A stretch of 34,460 nt of DNA from Nemertoderma westbladi. Its lineage: Eukaryota; Animalia; Xenacoelomorpha. Below are positions 1 through 12,099 of the stretch, in pieces. Both the position numbers and the translations under genes were made by a program. The DNA lies in assembly GCA_032718475.1 (NCBI GenBank), contig JAUCBJ010003376.1, positions 1 through 34,460 on the forward strand, read 5' to 3'. The notes below the pieces were generated by a model. It did not search any database and was not told the origin of the DNA. It worked only from the letters and a program-made list of their open reading frames with translations. Each line of letters begins with the position of its first letter. Positions within the stretch are counted from its first letter, which is position 1.

Positions 1-587
1 ATTATCAATTCTAACGCGTTGCCATGGCATCTAGAAAGTAAAACATTACATATTTTTCCTTATACTCGATATAGTGAGGGTAGAGGTTGATTTTAAAACG
101 CTGCGGCTAATATGTAGATTGTTTTTAGTCAAGGTTACTCGTTGCCATGGCAACTAGAAACTGAAAAATAATTCATATTGTTCCTTATACGTGATATAAT
201 TCTGGTAGACTCTGATTCTATGATGATACGACCACTGAATACGCATTACAAAGCCCGTTGCTATGGACATGGTCAATATTGCTATCTTTGAAGGTCGTTT
301 TCGTCTGGTTGCTATGGCATTTTGAAAAAACGAAATATGCCATTAAATTCTTCATATCCAAAATATTAATCTGCTATAAATGTTATATCGTCATTATCTA
401 CTATAAGAGCTGTTGCTATGGTAATTTTATCCGTTGCTATATTTAAGACCCCCTAAAAAACGAGCGCAACCATTTGGTGAAGTCTACCCAAATTTTTTTA
501 AATGTCCCAAGTCTGCACTAAACTTCTATGTAGGGTAGCCGAGTCATATATAAAATTCCTACGGGGTCATAGGCTGGAGCCTGTACT
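1..587. mobile_element. Probable right end of a DNA transposon/MITE with GTTGCYATGG subterminal repeats
   Basis: GTTGC(C/T)ATGG at 18, 141, 257, 308 and 412, plus a partial copy at 433. Degenerate ~123-bp direct repeat (18-85 vs 141-210). Ends ...GGAGCCTGTACTA, a TAG...CTA type terminus as in Academ-like elements. The other end is not in the window. Confidence 0.4.
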
Positions 588-1747
588 ATTGACATAAATA
601 GTTATTTACAAATTTGGAATCCTTTCAACGACACTTTTCAATTGGTATCAAGAAATCACAAGAAGGACGAAGAATAATTTCGGTGCGACTGGTGTAATGT
701 TTAATACTTATTAAACAATAATATCTTTTAATAATTATAATACAGTAATTTATCAATCACAATCGCAATCACTGCATGGGCAGCAAACTGTTCAAGTTAG
801 TAACGAAAAACAACGCCACCTACCATCACACTATTAATTGCGCTGATTGGTTAGTATAGAACTGTATGTCCACGTTTTATCTCAATCTACTGTAGCGTCG
901 GTCGCATAAACACCTGCAACGGTTTACGATATGTGATATTTTTACGATATATTTGTGGAACACTTGAAAATATTCTTAAGCAGTAGCGGCAATGATGCTT
1001 GAAAATATATACAACAAATTATTTCAAAGTCAATGACACTAACTATGTATTTCAACAAGGCACACAAATAACTACTATATTTACTAAATGGAAAACAAGT
1101 GGTACTTTTTTCCAGCCCCTACCCCGAGATGTATAAGTTTATTTTTCTCACATCGGGAGAAAAATTGCAATTTCCTGAAACTAAATCTGAAGAGTGGGAT
1201 AGAAAGGCAATATTAAGAATAACTATTTATATCACGCTGCATAAAGTACCACTTTATAGAAAAACAGTTGGTTGGTACTTGATTATTTATACGTAATTTT
1301 ATTCAAAAATTGCAATGTTTATTTTTGAGTGATAAATGTTCATTCATCACTTCGGCACATCGCAGATCGCCCGAAACACAGGAGACGACAACTACAACTG
1401 GAATTCCGAACCAACCAACAGTCTACTGGGACTGAGATTGCTTCTACCCATCGTTTGAACTTCTTCTATAGGTTAAACCAAAAGTAAACAGGACGCCGAC
1501 TTCCGCTCGTAGGAATCGTTGACTCGATGATTCGTGGACACTTCTTGGAGACGCTATCCGAACTTTTACCAGATTCCGCAGTTCCGGGTTACTATGTTGA
1601 CAACATCCATGACGCTTGCCAGAAATTGATCACTCTTCTCCTCCTGGAGGTTTGACTTTGGAAAATTAATCTGAAAAACATTATAGATAAATACATTAAA
1701 GATACAATAAATGAAACATAATAAAGATATAAAGAATGCAGTCTATC

Positions 1748-3676
1748 TTACCCAAACGCCACCCAAACGGCATTCTACCTTACCCAAACGCCATTCTAAC
1801 ATACCCAAACGCCACCCAAACGGCATTCCAACATACCCAAACGCCACCCAAACGCTATTCTAACATACCCAAACACCACTCAAACGGCATTCTAACATAC
1901 CCAAACGCCACCCAAACGGCATTCTACTTTACCCAAACGCCACCCAAACAGCATTCTACCTTACCCAAACGCCATTCAAACGGCATTCTAACATACACAA
2001 ACGCCACCCAAACGGCATTCTAACATACCCAAACGCCACCCAAACGGCATTCTAACATACCCAAACGCCACCCAAACGGCATTCTAACATACCCAAACGC
2101 CACCCAAACGGCATTCTAACATACCCAAACGCCACTCAAACGGCATTCTACCTTACCCAAACGCCACTCAAACGGCATTCTAACATACCCAAACGCCACT
2201 CAAACGGCATTCTAACATACCCAAACGCCACTCAAACGGCATTCTACCTTACCCAAACGCCACTCAAACGGCATTCAAACATACCCAAACGCACACCCAA
2301 ACGGCATTCTAACATACCCAAATGCCACCAAAACGGCATTCAACCTTACCCAAACGCCAGTCAAACGGCATTCTAACATACCCAAACGCGATCCTAACAT
2401 ACCCAAACGCCACTCAAACGGCATTCTACCTTACCCAAACGCCACTCAAACGGCATTCTAACATACCCAAACGCCACTCAAACGGCATTCTAACATACCC
2501 AAACGCCACTCAAACGGCATTCTACCTTACCCAAACGCCACTCAAACGGCATTCAAACATACCCAAACGCACACCCAAACGGCATTCTAACATACCCAAA
2601 TGCCACCAAAACGGCATTCAACCTTACCCAAACGCCACCGTCAAACGGCATTCTAACATACCCAAACGCGATCCTAACATACCCGAACGCCACCCAAACG
2701 GCATTCTAACATACTCAAACACCACCCAAACGGCATTATAACATACCCAAACGGCATTCTAACATACTCAAACGCCACCCAAACAGCATTCTACCTTACC
2801 CAAACGCCACTCAAACGGCATTCTAACATACACAAACGCCACCCAAACGGCATTCTAACATACCCAAACGCCACCCAAACGGCATACTAACATACCCAAA
2901 CGCCACCCAAACGGCATTCTAACATACCCAAACGCCACCCAAACGGCATTCTAACATACCCAAACGCCACTCAAACGGCATTCTACCTTACCCAAACGCC
3001 ATTCTATCATACCCAAACGCCACCCAAACGGCATTCTAACATACCCAAACCGCATTCTACCTTACCCAAACGCCACTCAAACGGCATTCTAACATAGCCA
3101 AACGCCACCCAAACGGCATTCAACCTTACCCAAACGCCACTCAAACGGCATTCTAACATACCCAAACGGCATTCTAACATACCCAAACGACACCCAAACG
3201 GCATTCTAACATACCCAAACGCCACCCAAACGGCATTCCAACATACCCAAACGCCACCCAAACGGCATTCTAACATACCCAAACGCCACTCAAACGGCAT
3301 TATAACATAACCAAACGCCACCCAAACGGCATTCTAACATACCCAAACGGCATTCTACCTTACCCAAACGCCACTCAAACGGCATTCTAACATACCCAAA
3401 CGCCACCCAAACGGCATTCTAACATACCCAAACGCCTCCCAAACGGCATTCTAACATACTCAAACGCTACCCAAACGGCATTCTAACATACCCAAACGCC
3501 ACCCAAACGGCATTCTAACATACCCAAACGGCATTCTAACATACTCAAACGCTACCCAAACGGCATTATAACATACCCAAACGCCACCCAAACGGAATTC
3601 TACCTTACCCAAACGCCACTCAAACAAACGGCATTCTAACATACCCAAACGCCACCCAAACGGCATTCTAACATAC
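1748..3676 (+). repeat. ~1.9-kb minisatellite, ~32-bp unit built from 11- and 21-bp subunits
   Basis: About 60 units of ACCCAAACGCC + AC(C/T)CAAACGGCATTCTA(ACAT/CCTT). No unique spacers. Confidence 0.97.
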
Positions 3677-3768
3677 TTATACGCCAGCATGTTTACAGTC
3701 AGACAGTAAGCTATTCTACATACCAATCCAGCAATCTGCTGGTACCGTATTTCAGTATTCTGGTATTT

Positions 3769-5845
3769 CAGTTAGGTACTTTCGCCTAATTAAGCGCCAC
3801 TGCCAAACCGCCCAATTGAGCGCTGCCTATAGTAATCTCCATAGGAAACTTAGAGCTCAACCGCGCATTAAACTTAAAAAACACGCACTCTTTGGACAAA
3901 ACAGCTGGCGTTATCACCATGGATACCATCTTTTGGCTTGTGTAAATAAAAAATTCGCATGTGTATTCTTCCAGAAAAGTGTATCGAAGTAAAAATTCGT
4001 CTAATTAAGCGAGATGATTTTACAAACGCCTAATTGAGCTTTGCTTAAGATTAGTAAAATATGTGAACACCCAATTAAGCGCATACAGACTATTACACTC
4101 TATACTGGCTGACTGGTATTTTTGTTTCCAAGTCCATTTTTACAGACAAATTTTGATTTTGTATTTATTTTTATTAACGATCAGACGATTTTATTATTTT
4201 TTTATTGAAATATATTTCAACATTTAATAAATGGCTAACTTCAAAAGGTGCTGTAGGCTAAAACACTTTGTCTCGATTGGGTTATGGATCACACCAGTGA
4301 ATTGGCATCTGTCGCCACATATGAGATAATGGACCTGTTTGCCTGTCGAAAAAAAAAGGCAAACGAGAAGTTATTGACAACATGATTGAAAAAGGTGTAT
4401 TTCCAAAGAGAGCAAAATATATGTGTACTGCCTGCCATTCATATTACTTGAAAAAAATTGCATTGCCCAGCACCCGCAAGAGACCAGACAAATTAGAAGA
4501 TGAGATTGAAAGTAAACCTTTACCTACTCCAACATTGTTCACTGAAGCAAGCACCAATACATCATCATGCAATTTACAACTTTGGAACATGAATCCTGTA
4601 TCGATAAATTTCGTGAACAACTTCATAAGGAACACCTCCCATCATACCCTCGAGCACAATCTCTAGATGATCTGATTGCGAACTTAAATAGTCAACAAAT
4701 ACCATCTGGATATGTTTGTGAATTATTGTTTAGACTTTGTGGCGTGACCTACTTTAAGTCCAGAAATGGAAAAATAGCAACTAAGGTGTATGAGTTGTTA
4801 CTTGCTACTTTAAATTTGCACTTTGTGGGAACTTACTCTGCCACAGAATCTGTGGTGTGCTATGCAGTTGATAATTCGAAATTTAGTGTAGTTGTCCGTT
4901 CAGATAGCAGCGCAGCACCAACTTACACTACATTATTAAATCTGTTGAAATCATCTGCCACTATAAAGGACAAAGTAGACAACTCTGATTCGACAATTGT
5001 GGTTGACAGAATGACATTTTTTCACACGAAAAATACTACTCCTCAGCCATTTCTTAACCGTTTTTTGATAGCAATTTTTGCTTTATATGAAAGGTAATTT
5101 TCTAAGCTTCAATAAATTTCAGACAGTTTTCTTTGATTTCATAATATTTCCCCATCTGCCCATTTCATTAATGAATTTTTCTTACAAAATTCTCAATTAT
5201 CAGAATTAGAAAATGAAAATACAAAAAGTGACCGAAAAATATGATCAAAAAGAACATGGTGGTACCAAAAAATGTGGTATCGCGTATTGGAATACAAAAA
5301 TGGAAAATAATAACGGAGTAATCTTTTTTAGTGAAATTTTTAAAATCTCACACAGGCTGCTATGGGGCGCGGGAATATATTTTAATTTTTCTTTACTTAT
5401 GATGATGATTCTCGTTTCTATAATATATAACCTTGTTTTCGATTAATATTTCAAGCTCATTTGAGATGGTGGACCTAATTAAAAAATAAAAAAAAATTGG
5501 GCTTAATTTGTAGTACAACAAATAATAGTGGTAAAAAGTGTAAGTCTGTAAGTAGACCTACAGATGTACCGGAAAGTACTGTACCGTTAGTACAGTACAT
5601 AGTACAATAGTACGTTTCCAGTTGCAATCGCTTAATTAGACGTAGCAAACTGATACCTTATTTAGTGTCACCCAATTAAGCGTTAGATAATTTTACTTTC
5701 AGATGTGTACTCGCTTAATTGGGCGTTGCACATATAACCTTTTACATTGTAGCCTAATTAGGCGGTTAACAAATTTTTCCATAGAGATGCATACGCTTAT
5801 TTAGGCGATGTAGAATTCGCCTAATTAGGCGAAAGTACCTAACTG
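3769..5845. mobile_element. 2.08-kb TIR DNA transposon (defective) with decayed ORF
   Basis: TIRs CAGTTAGGTACTTTCGCCTAATTA(A/G)GCG at both ends. TATTT on both flanks (3764-68, 5846-50). About 11 subterminal CGCYYAATTRRGCG quasi-palindromes. Frameshifted ORF relics at 4382-4666 and 4567-~5010. Confidence 0.85.
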
Positions 5846-5955
5846 TATTTGGTAGGTACCGGTTAATTTCACCGTTTACCTATTGACTCAACTGATTTAG
5901 GATGCCAGGGAGTACCCTATAGGAGGGTAATTTTCATCCGGCAGTTCAATTTTAA

Positions 5956-6055
5956 TGCCGTTTGGGTACCATTGGGTGCCGTTTGGGTGCCGATTGGGTG
6001 CCGTTTGGGTGCGTTTGGGTGCCGATTGGGTGCGTTTGGGTAATTAGTCATACCG
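5956..6055 (-). mobile_element. Transposon terminus with inverted copies of the ACCCAAACG repeat
   Basis: (GCCGTTTGGGT)n, the reverse complement of the 1748-3676 core, ends ...TAATTAGTCATACCG. The matching left terminus was not found. Confidence 0.65.
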
Positions 6056-6552
6056 TTATATATTATATATTTATTTTATATATTTAAAATTTACCCCTGT
6101 CAACAATAAACTGCAAGTCCTAATCCTGTAAGTACGGTACCGATATTATGTTCCTATTTAGCATGTGAAATTAATGTGAACCATGTAGGCCTATTTATCA
6201 ACTGTCAGACTGTGCTTGCCTGAATGTACGCGGGGATTGGCGTAATGGCAAATGGGTCTGCCCGGCCAATTACCATCTACATCTGCAGATGTGTAGGCCT
6301 ACATTCTACACAATCAGTACATATCAGCATATGAATGCAGAATGCAACTCAACCCAACTTAATTTGGCGCATATTATATTATATTAAATTCGAATTGAAC
6401 TTGCACAGTTGCATGCACATTACAGCATTAATATCTTGTATTGTGTAATATTGTAGTAAATTGCAGAATTGTTGTAAATAAATAAATAAAAAAAAATAAA
6501 AATAAAACTGATTCCCTTCAGCCCTTACTGCCTTATCCTGTCGGCCTGTTAT

Positions 6553-7036
6553 CGGTCCTTCTAAACACCCAAATTGGCCAAATCACACCAAAATTAACCT
6601 AATCACAACAAATCACACCACAGCCTGACAGCTGACAGCAGGACAGCACTAAATCACAATAAATCACACAAAATAACTCCAAAAATTATAATTTTTATTT
6701 TATTTTTTTTCAAATCGTTTATTGTTTGGTTCCTTCAGGTACCGGTAGTCTGGCTACCACTCTGCCATTGTAACCTGCCTGCCTGCTCCTTTCAGCCTTT
6801 ACTTTTCACTTTTTTTGTGATTTGGTGTGATTTGATATCATTCAGCTATTCCAGTACAGCAGTTAGGTACAGTAGGCCTATTCTGGCAGTCTGGTATTCA
6901 GTGTGATTTGGTTTGGTGTGATTTGGTTTTGGGATTATTTTTTGTGATATGGTTTGTGATTTTGCTGTTTGGCAGTTTGGGGTGATCAGGTGATTTGGTT
7001 TTTGATTTGGTGTGATTTTGGTGTTTAGACGGACCC
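6553..7036. mobile_element. MITE with AAATCACACC subterminal repeats
   Basis: TIRs CGGTCCTTCTAAACACC / GGTGTTTAGACGGACCC. AAATCACA(C/A) repeats on the left and (G)TGTGATTTG repeats on the right. No clear TSD. Confidence 0.75.
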
Positions 7037-7079
7037 GCCCTTGCCTTTATTTCTGTATCAGTTATAGTTCATATGCGTA

Positions 7080-9285
7080 GGGTAAGACGGGGTAAAATGG
7101 GAAAAGTTTGGTATGTTTGGTTCTATAAGCAAGGGGGATTTTCCTAGATGAATATAATCAAAGCATATTCTGTACATTTGAACTCTGGGCTATCAGAATG
7201 TACCGAAATAAACCCCTGAGCCTTTGGTTCAGGTGGTTGATTTTTAAAAAAATCGCAGTGTCCCACTTTACCCCGAGTGGGGTAAAGTGGGACATCCGGG
7301 GTAAAGTGGGACATGAGGCATTGTTAGTGTTAGTTAGTCAAGTTCAGAAGTTAGATTAAGATTAGGGCCTATGACAGTATGAGTTGAAATAGCAGTATGA
7401 GTATGAGTAGTTAAGACCAGTATGAGCTAGGCCTAATAACTAAATGCAGTAGTAGCTATAAAAGCTATAAAACTCAACAATCACAGAGAAAAATCATCTA
7501 GGCATTATTTACGGAGTTACGCCTATCTACATCTATCAAGGTAAAACTACAAATCTGTGTAGGCCTAACTCAAAAACGATCAGGAATTTGAACATTTGGA
7601 CTTGTTCTACACCCACTAAATCGATGATTGCGATTCTAATCCATATAATATCGAAGAAAATGAATGATAGGAAGTGTCCTAACATTAAAGTGTATTGTAT
7701 ATGCGCTTAAGGGGGGCACTCTGTAATTAAATTTTTTTTTTTAAGAATTTTGGTCATTTTTTTTATTTTTTGTTCTAAGCCGATTTTTAATGGAGATTCC
7801 AAATATGCAAACGGTTTGACAGAGCGACTTTTAGTTTTCGAGATATATGGACTTTCGTACACCTTAATCTGGCACAAAAATATCCAAATTTTTCGTATTT
7901 TCACTCATAAGAAGTTTATTTTCGGTTTTCTGGTGTATCCAGTGTAATGTTGCTTAGCAACTGTATCTAAGCATCAGTGGCGGTAAATTTAAACGAGTAT
8001 CTGTGAACATTAGTCCCTTTCCCTTGTACTGTCTGACTGTGAATTCGGCTCTAACGCAAATCTGTCCCTAGCCACACTGCCGTACCGGTAGTGTGGGTTA
8101 ATTTTTTTGGTTAGGGTCAACATAGTCAGAACCCCAACCTAACTGTAATCTAACCCTAACCCCAATATTAACCGTTTGCTCCCTAATCCTAGCAGGAACC
8201 GTCTGCCTAACCCTAGCTCATGGTAGCTAGAACAGTCACAGCTGTTAGGTTAGCCTAGGATTCTGAAATTCTGATTACACGAATTACAAGATTGCAGTAG
8301 TATATGCCCAGAATGTAAATGTCAAAATCACTATGTCACAATGTCATAATCATTAATTAATATACATCGTATTTGGGGATCTTTACTTAAAACCGAAAAT
8401 TCCGGATGTAGCACATGGAGCACTACATGTTAAAAAAAAAAATTCGTAAATAGAGTTATTTTAACTGAAAATATTGCAAAACTAAGATATTTTTATCAAA
8501 CTAATCTGCTTTCGAACTTTAAATTGGATTTATTCCTATTTCATTTTTTTGCACTTTTTTATATTTTAAAATGCTACTACTTGTAGGGAATTGGTCAAAA
8601 CTGGCTGATTTTTGGCATGCGTGGTCTTGATGAAGTGTTTTAACTATGCAATTGACAAAATTTTGAAATTTTGATTTTAACCAAAGTTATAGTCAAAATT
8701 CGAAATTTTTTGTGACTTTTTCGAGTTTTTTAGTTATTTTTGGTGAAAAATTTCGAAAAAATGGAATAATTTTAAAAGTAAGACAGATGTTTAAATTCTG
8801 TCAATTGCATCGTTTTATAACATTGTTCCGGACATTCGAACCAAATTTTGGACAATTTGAATCAAAATTGCGGTTCTAGAAGCTTTTTTTTAAAAATTTG
8901 AATAAATTATGTTAATTAGCAAAATTAAAATTAAAAAAAATTTTTTTTGCGATTTTCAGTTTTTTGGATCTATATTACATAGGTTTGCCAAATATTACTA
9001 TTTTTGAACATAGTCCCGCGCCAAAATTAAGAAAATAAAAACGTCATTCAATTACAGAGTGCCCCCCTTAACAAATTGCTTTCATCCTGTGATCTTGATC
9101 TCATCATATGTGCTATATAAAAATGTAACATTTAGTTTCTCAAGTAAAAATATATTAAAACAGACCTAAAAGTGTTCTTAAAAAAAAATTGGCCAAAAAT
9201 ATGCATGTCCCATTTTACCCCGACATGTCCCATTTTACCCCGACATGTCCCATTTTACCCCTTGTCCCATTTTACCCCGTCTTCC
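7080..9285. mobile_element. pogo/Tc1-mariner-type MITE (TA-flanked), interrupted by a Kolobok-type element
   Basis: TA-GGGTAAGACGGGGTAAAATGGGA ... TGTCCCATTTTACCCCGTCTTCC-TA. Internal GGGGTAAA(A/G)TGGGACA repeats at 7259-7314 and 9206-9280. Confidence 0.75.
7711..9067. mobile_element. Kolobok-type non-autonomous DNA transposon
   Basis: TTAA TSD (7707-10, 9068-71). Perfect 18-bp TIR GGGGGGCACTCTGTAATT. RR termini with a TTAA target fit Kolobok rather than piggyBac (CC/YY termini). No ORF. Confidence 0.8.
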
Positions 9286-9835
9286 TACCTCTGGTATTTT
9301 CGTATTGCAAAAATAAGACTATAAGTATGAAATACCCTATGTTATTGAGATATTGTTTATTGTTTTGGTTAGAAAAGCCCACCACTGTAACCTGCTCCTT
9401 TCCGTTAATTAAGTAATGGAGATTAGTTTATTGTTTTGGTTAGAAAACACCACCACTGTAACCTGCTTCTTTTGCCAGAGGTACGCATATGAACGATAAC
9501 CTCTGTATCTGCTTATCAACAGCTTATATCAACTTGATCAATGTACAGCTGTATCAGCTTAAAGCTCTAAAACTGTAACCTTGTAAAATCCTGTACTGAT
9601 ACCAGGATACTGTACTATAATATACTGATATAGGCCTACCTATATGCCTATCTTTATCTATCTGTAGGCCTATTCCAGCATCCAGTAGGCCTATTCTGTA
9701 GGCCTATACAGTAGCAGAGTAGGCCTATCTGCCTATAGCAGTATAGCTTTATACAGTTATAGGCAGATAGGCCTAATCCAAACAACCAAAAGTAAACTGA
9801 CTCAGCAGGCAATCTGACATTGACTGACAGACTGA

Positions 9836-10042
<207 letters not shown>

Positions 10043-10234
10043 TGAGTATTACTGTATTATCTTACAGTCAGACAGTTGTATTGTATTCACAGATTGCAGG
10101 ATTGAATTACGGTATTAATTGCTACCGGTACTACAGCTGCACAGTACTACTACTGTACTACTACTGTACTACTAGGTCGAGCGAACTTGGACAGTGGAAA
10201 TGAGAGCCTTGAAAGCTTCCCGATTCTCCATAGT

Positions 10235-10605
10235 TGTCCATAGGTATCCATTTTTGATAGAGCTACCCAACCCTTTGCTTTCCTAACTTCTATGTCCTTT
10301 TTGCTACTCTCTATCCATGATCCAAGGTACTGGAAGTCATCGATCTTCCTTAGTTGATTATTATCAATGCTGCAATGGTTGTCAAATGTCAAGTTTCCAT
10401 CAACATTAGGCCTACAGCATTAAAGGTCATGAATTCGGTCTTGGTAGCATTAACAGATTTATATTCAACCCAACCTCCTTAGCAGCCCTCTCCACTTTAT
10501 TTAATAGAAGCTGTGCATCTGCTAGCTTATTAGAGAGCAGGGCGATGTCATCTGCAAAGTCGGTGTCTGTGACTGTAGTTGCCAGATATCTACTACTTCT
10601 GCATT
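10235..10605 (-). mobile_element. RTE-like non-LTR retrotransposon RT relic in SH2D4 intron 1
   Basis: Minus strand reads RSSRYLATTVTDTDFADDIALLS...VERAAKEVGLNIN...TKTEFM...DDFQYLGSWIESSKKDIEVRKAKGW, with frameshifts. Confidence 0.85.
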
Positions 10606-10642
10606 CTTAATTTTCTAAGTTTCTTAATAAGTATGTGTGCAT

Positions 10643-12031
10643 TAGGGTGGTTCATATTTCAAAAATTTTTGAATTTCAGCTGGGTTCATGTTCTAACTTG
10701 TTCCAAATTGCATAAAAACACGTTTGATAACTTCAAAATGTGTTGGAGTTTCCGGGAACTACACCCACCGTGGCATCATAGTAGCTGCTTGAGCCGTCGC
10801 CCGGTCCCACATAAAATATAATCGTGGGACTAGTTCTTGTCATTGTTAGGAAAAAAGGTATACATATTCCAATTTCTTGCACAATTTGCTACAGAATTGC
10901 CGTTTAACCCAACTGAAAATGTTAGTATTAAATTCTTTGACATGTCTACGTCCAGTTACCACTCTTGCCGCAAGTGAGTCATATTCCCCATTTTTGTGAT
11001 GATCAACTTCTAATATTCCTACCACATGGATATTATGCTCATTAGAACCGCAATGACCGATTTAGTTGGTGTAGACACCTTCAAAACAATCATAGAGCGA
11101 ATAGTTTTTGAGATATTGTAGAAAATGTGAAGTCCGGTATAAGTCAACATTGGCGCCTTGATGTGATATCGACAAATACACTAAAAATGATACTTCTAAT
11201 TATCTCAAGGCATCCACAATTCACACATAACTGCAGTGATCAATTTAGGGGATGTTGACATTCTAATAATATGAGTTCAGTGATTAGTTCTCGAGTTATT
11301 GTACAAAACGTCTGGACTGAGTCAGCTCAAAATAAGGTCATTAATTGGTGGACCTAACCTTGACATTTTGTACAATAACTCGAAAACTAATCACTCAATT
11401 CATATTTTTAGAGTGTCAACATCCCCTAAATTGATCATTGCAGTTATGTGTGAATTGTGGATGCCTTGAGATAATTAGAATTATAATTTTTAGTGTATTT
11501 GTTTATACCGCATCAAGGCGCTAATATTGACTTGTACCGGACTTCACATATTCTGCAATATCTCAAAAACTACTCGCTCTATGCTTGTTTTGAAGGTGTC
11601 TACACCAACTAAATCGGTCATTGCGGTTCTAATGAGCATAATATCAATGCGGTAGGAATACTAGAAGTTGATCATCACAATAATTGGGAATATGACTCAC
11701 TAGCAGCTAGGGCGGGAACTGGACGTAGACATGTGAAAGAATTTAATACAAACATTTTCAGTTGGGTTCAACGACAATTATGTAGCAAATTGTGCAAGAA
11801 ATTGGAATATGTATACCTTTTTACCTAACAATGACAAGAACTAGTCCCACGATTACATTTTAAGTAGGACCGGGCGACGGCTCAAGCAGCTACTATGATG
11901 CCACGGTGGGTGTAGTTCCCGGAAACTCCAACACATTTTGAAGTTATCAAACGTGTTTTTATGCAATTTGGAACAAATTAGAACATGAACCTAGCTGAAA
12001 TTCAAAAATTTTTGAAATATGAACCACCCTA
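10643..12031. mobile_element. hAT-type foldback MITE (1389-bp near-perfect palindrome)
   Basis: Termini TAGGGTGGTTCATATTTC...GAAATATGAACCACCCTA. Exact 8-bp TSD GTGTGCAT (10635-42, 12032-39). Arms of ~670 bp around a ~50-bp spacer near 11312-11362. Confidence 0.92.
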
Positions 12032-12099
12032 GTGTGCATTGTACTTGACAAAGTGAACCCGGTGTAGTACTGGAACTACTGCAGTACTTCTGATGTGCT

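Noticed and set aside
1320-1670. Minus-strand exon after a good acceptor (TGTTTTTCAG at 1671-1680)
   Set aside because: All three frames stop within about 35 codons, and no homology or partner exon was recognised.
1736-3726. ORFs 1736-2023, 2322-2741, 3007-3321, 3460-3726
   Set aside because: They are translations of the minisatellite with frame changes every unit. The array also has no spacers, so it is not CRISPR.
8110-8220. Interstitial telomere (TTAGGG/CCCTAA)
   Set aside because: Only scattered single units inside a transposon; not an array.
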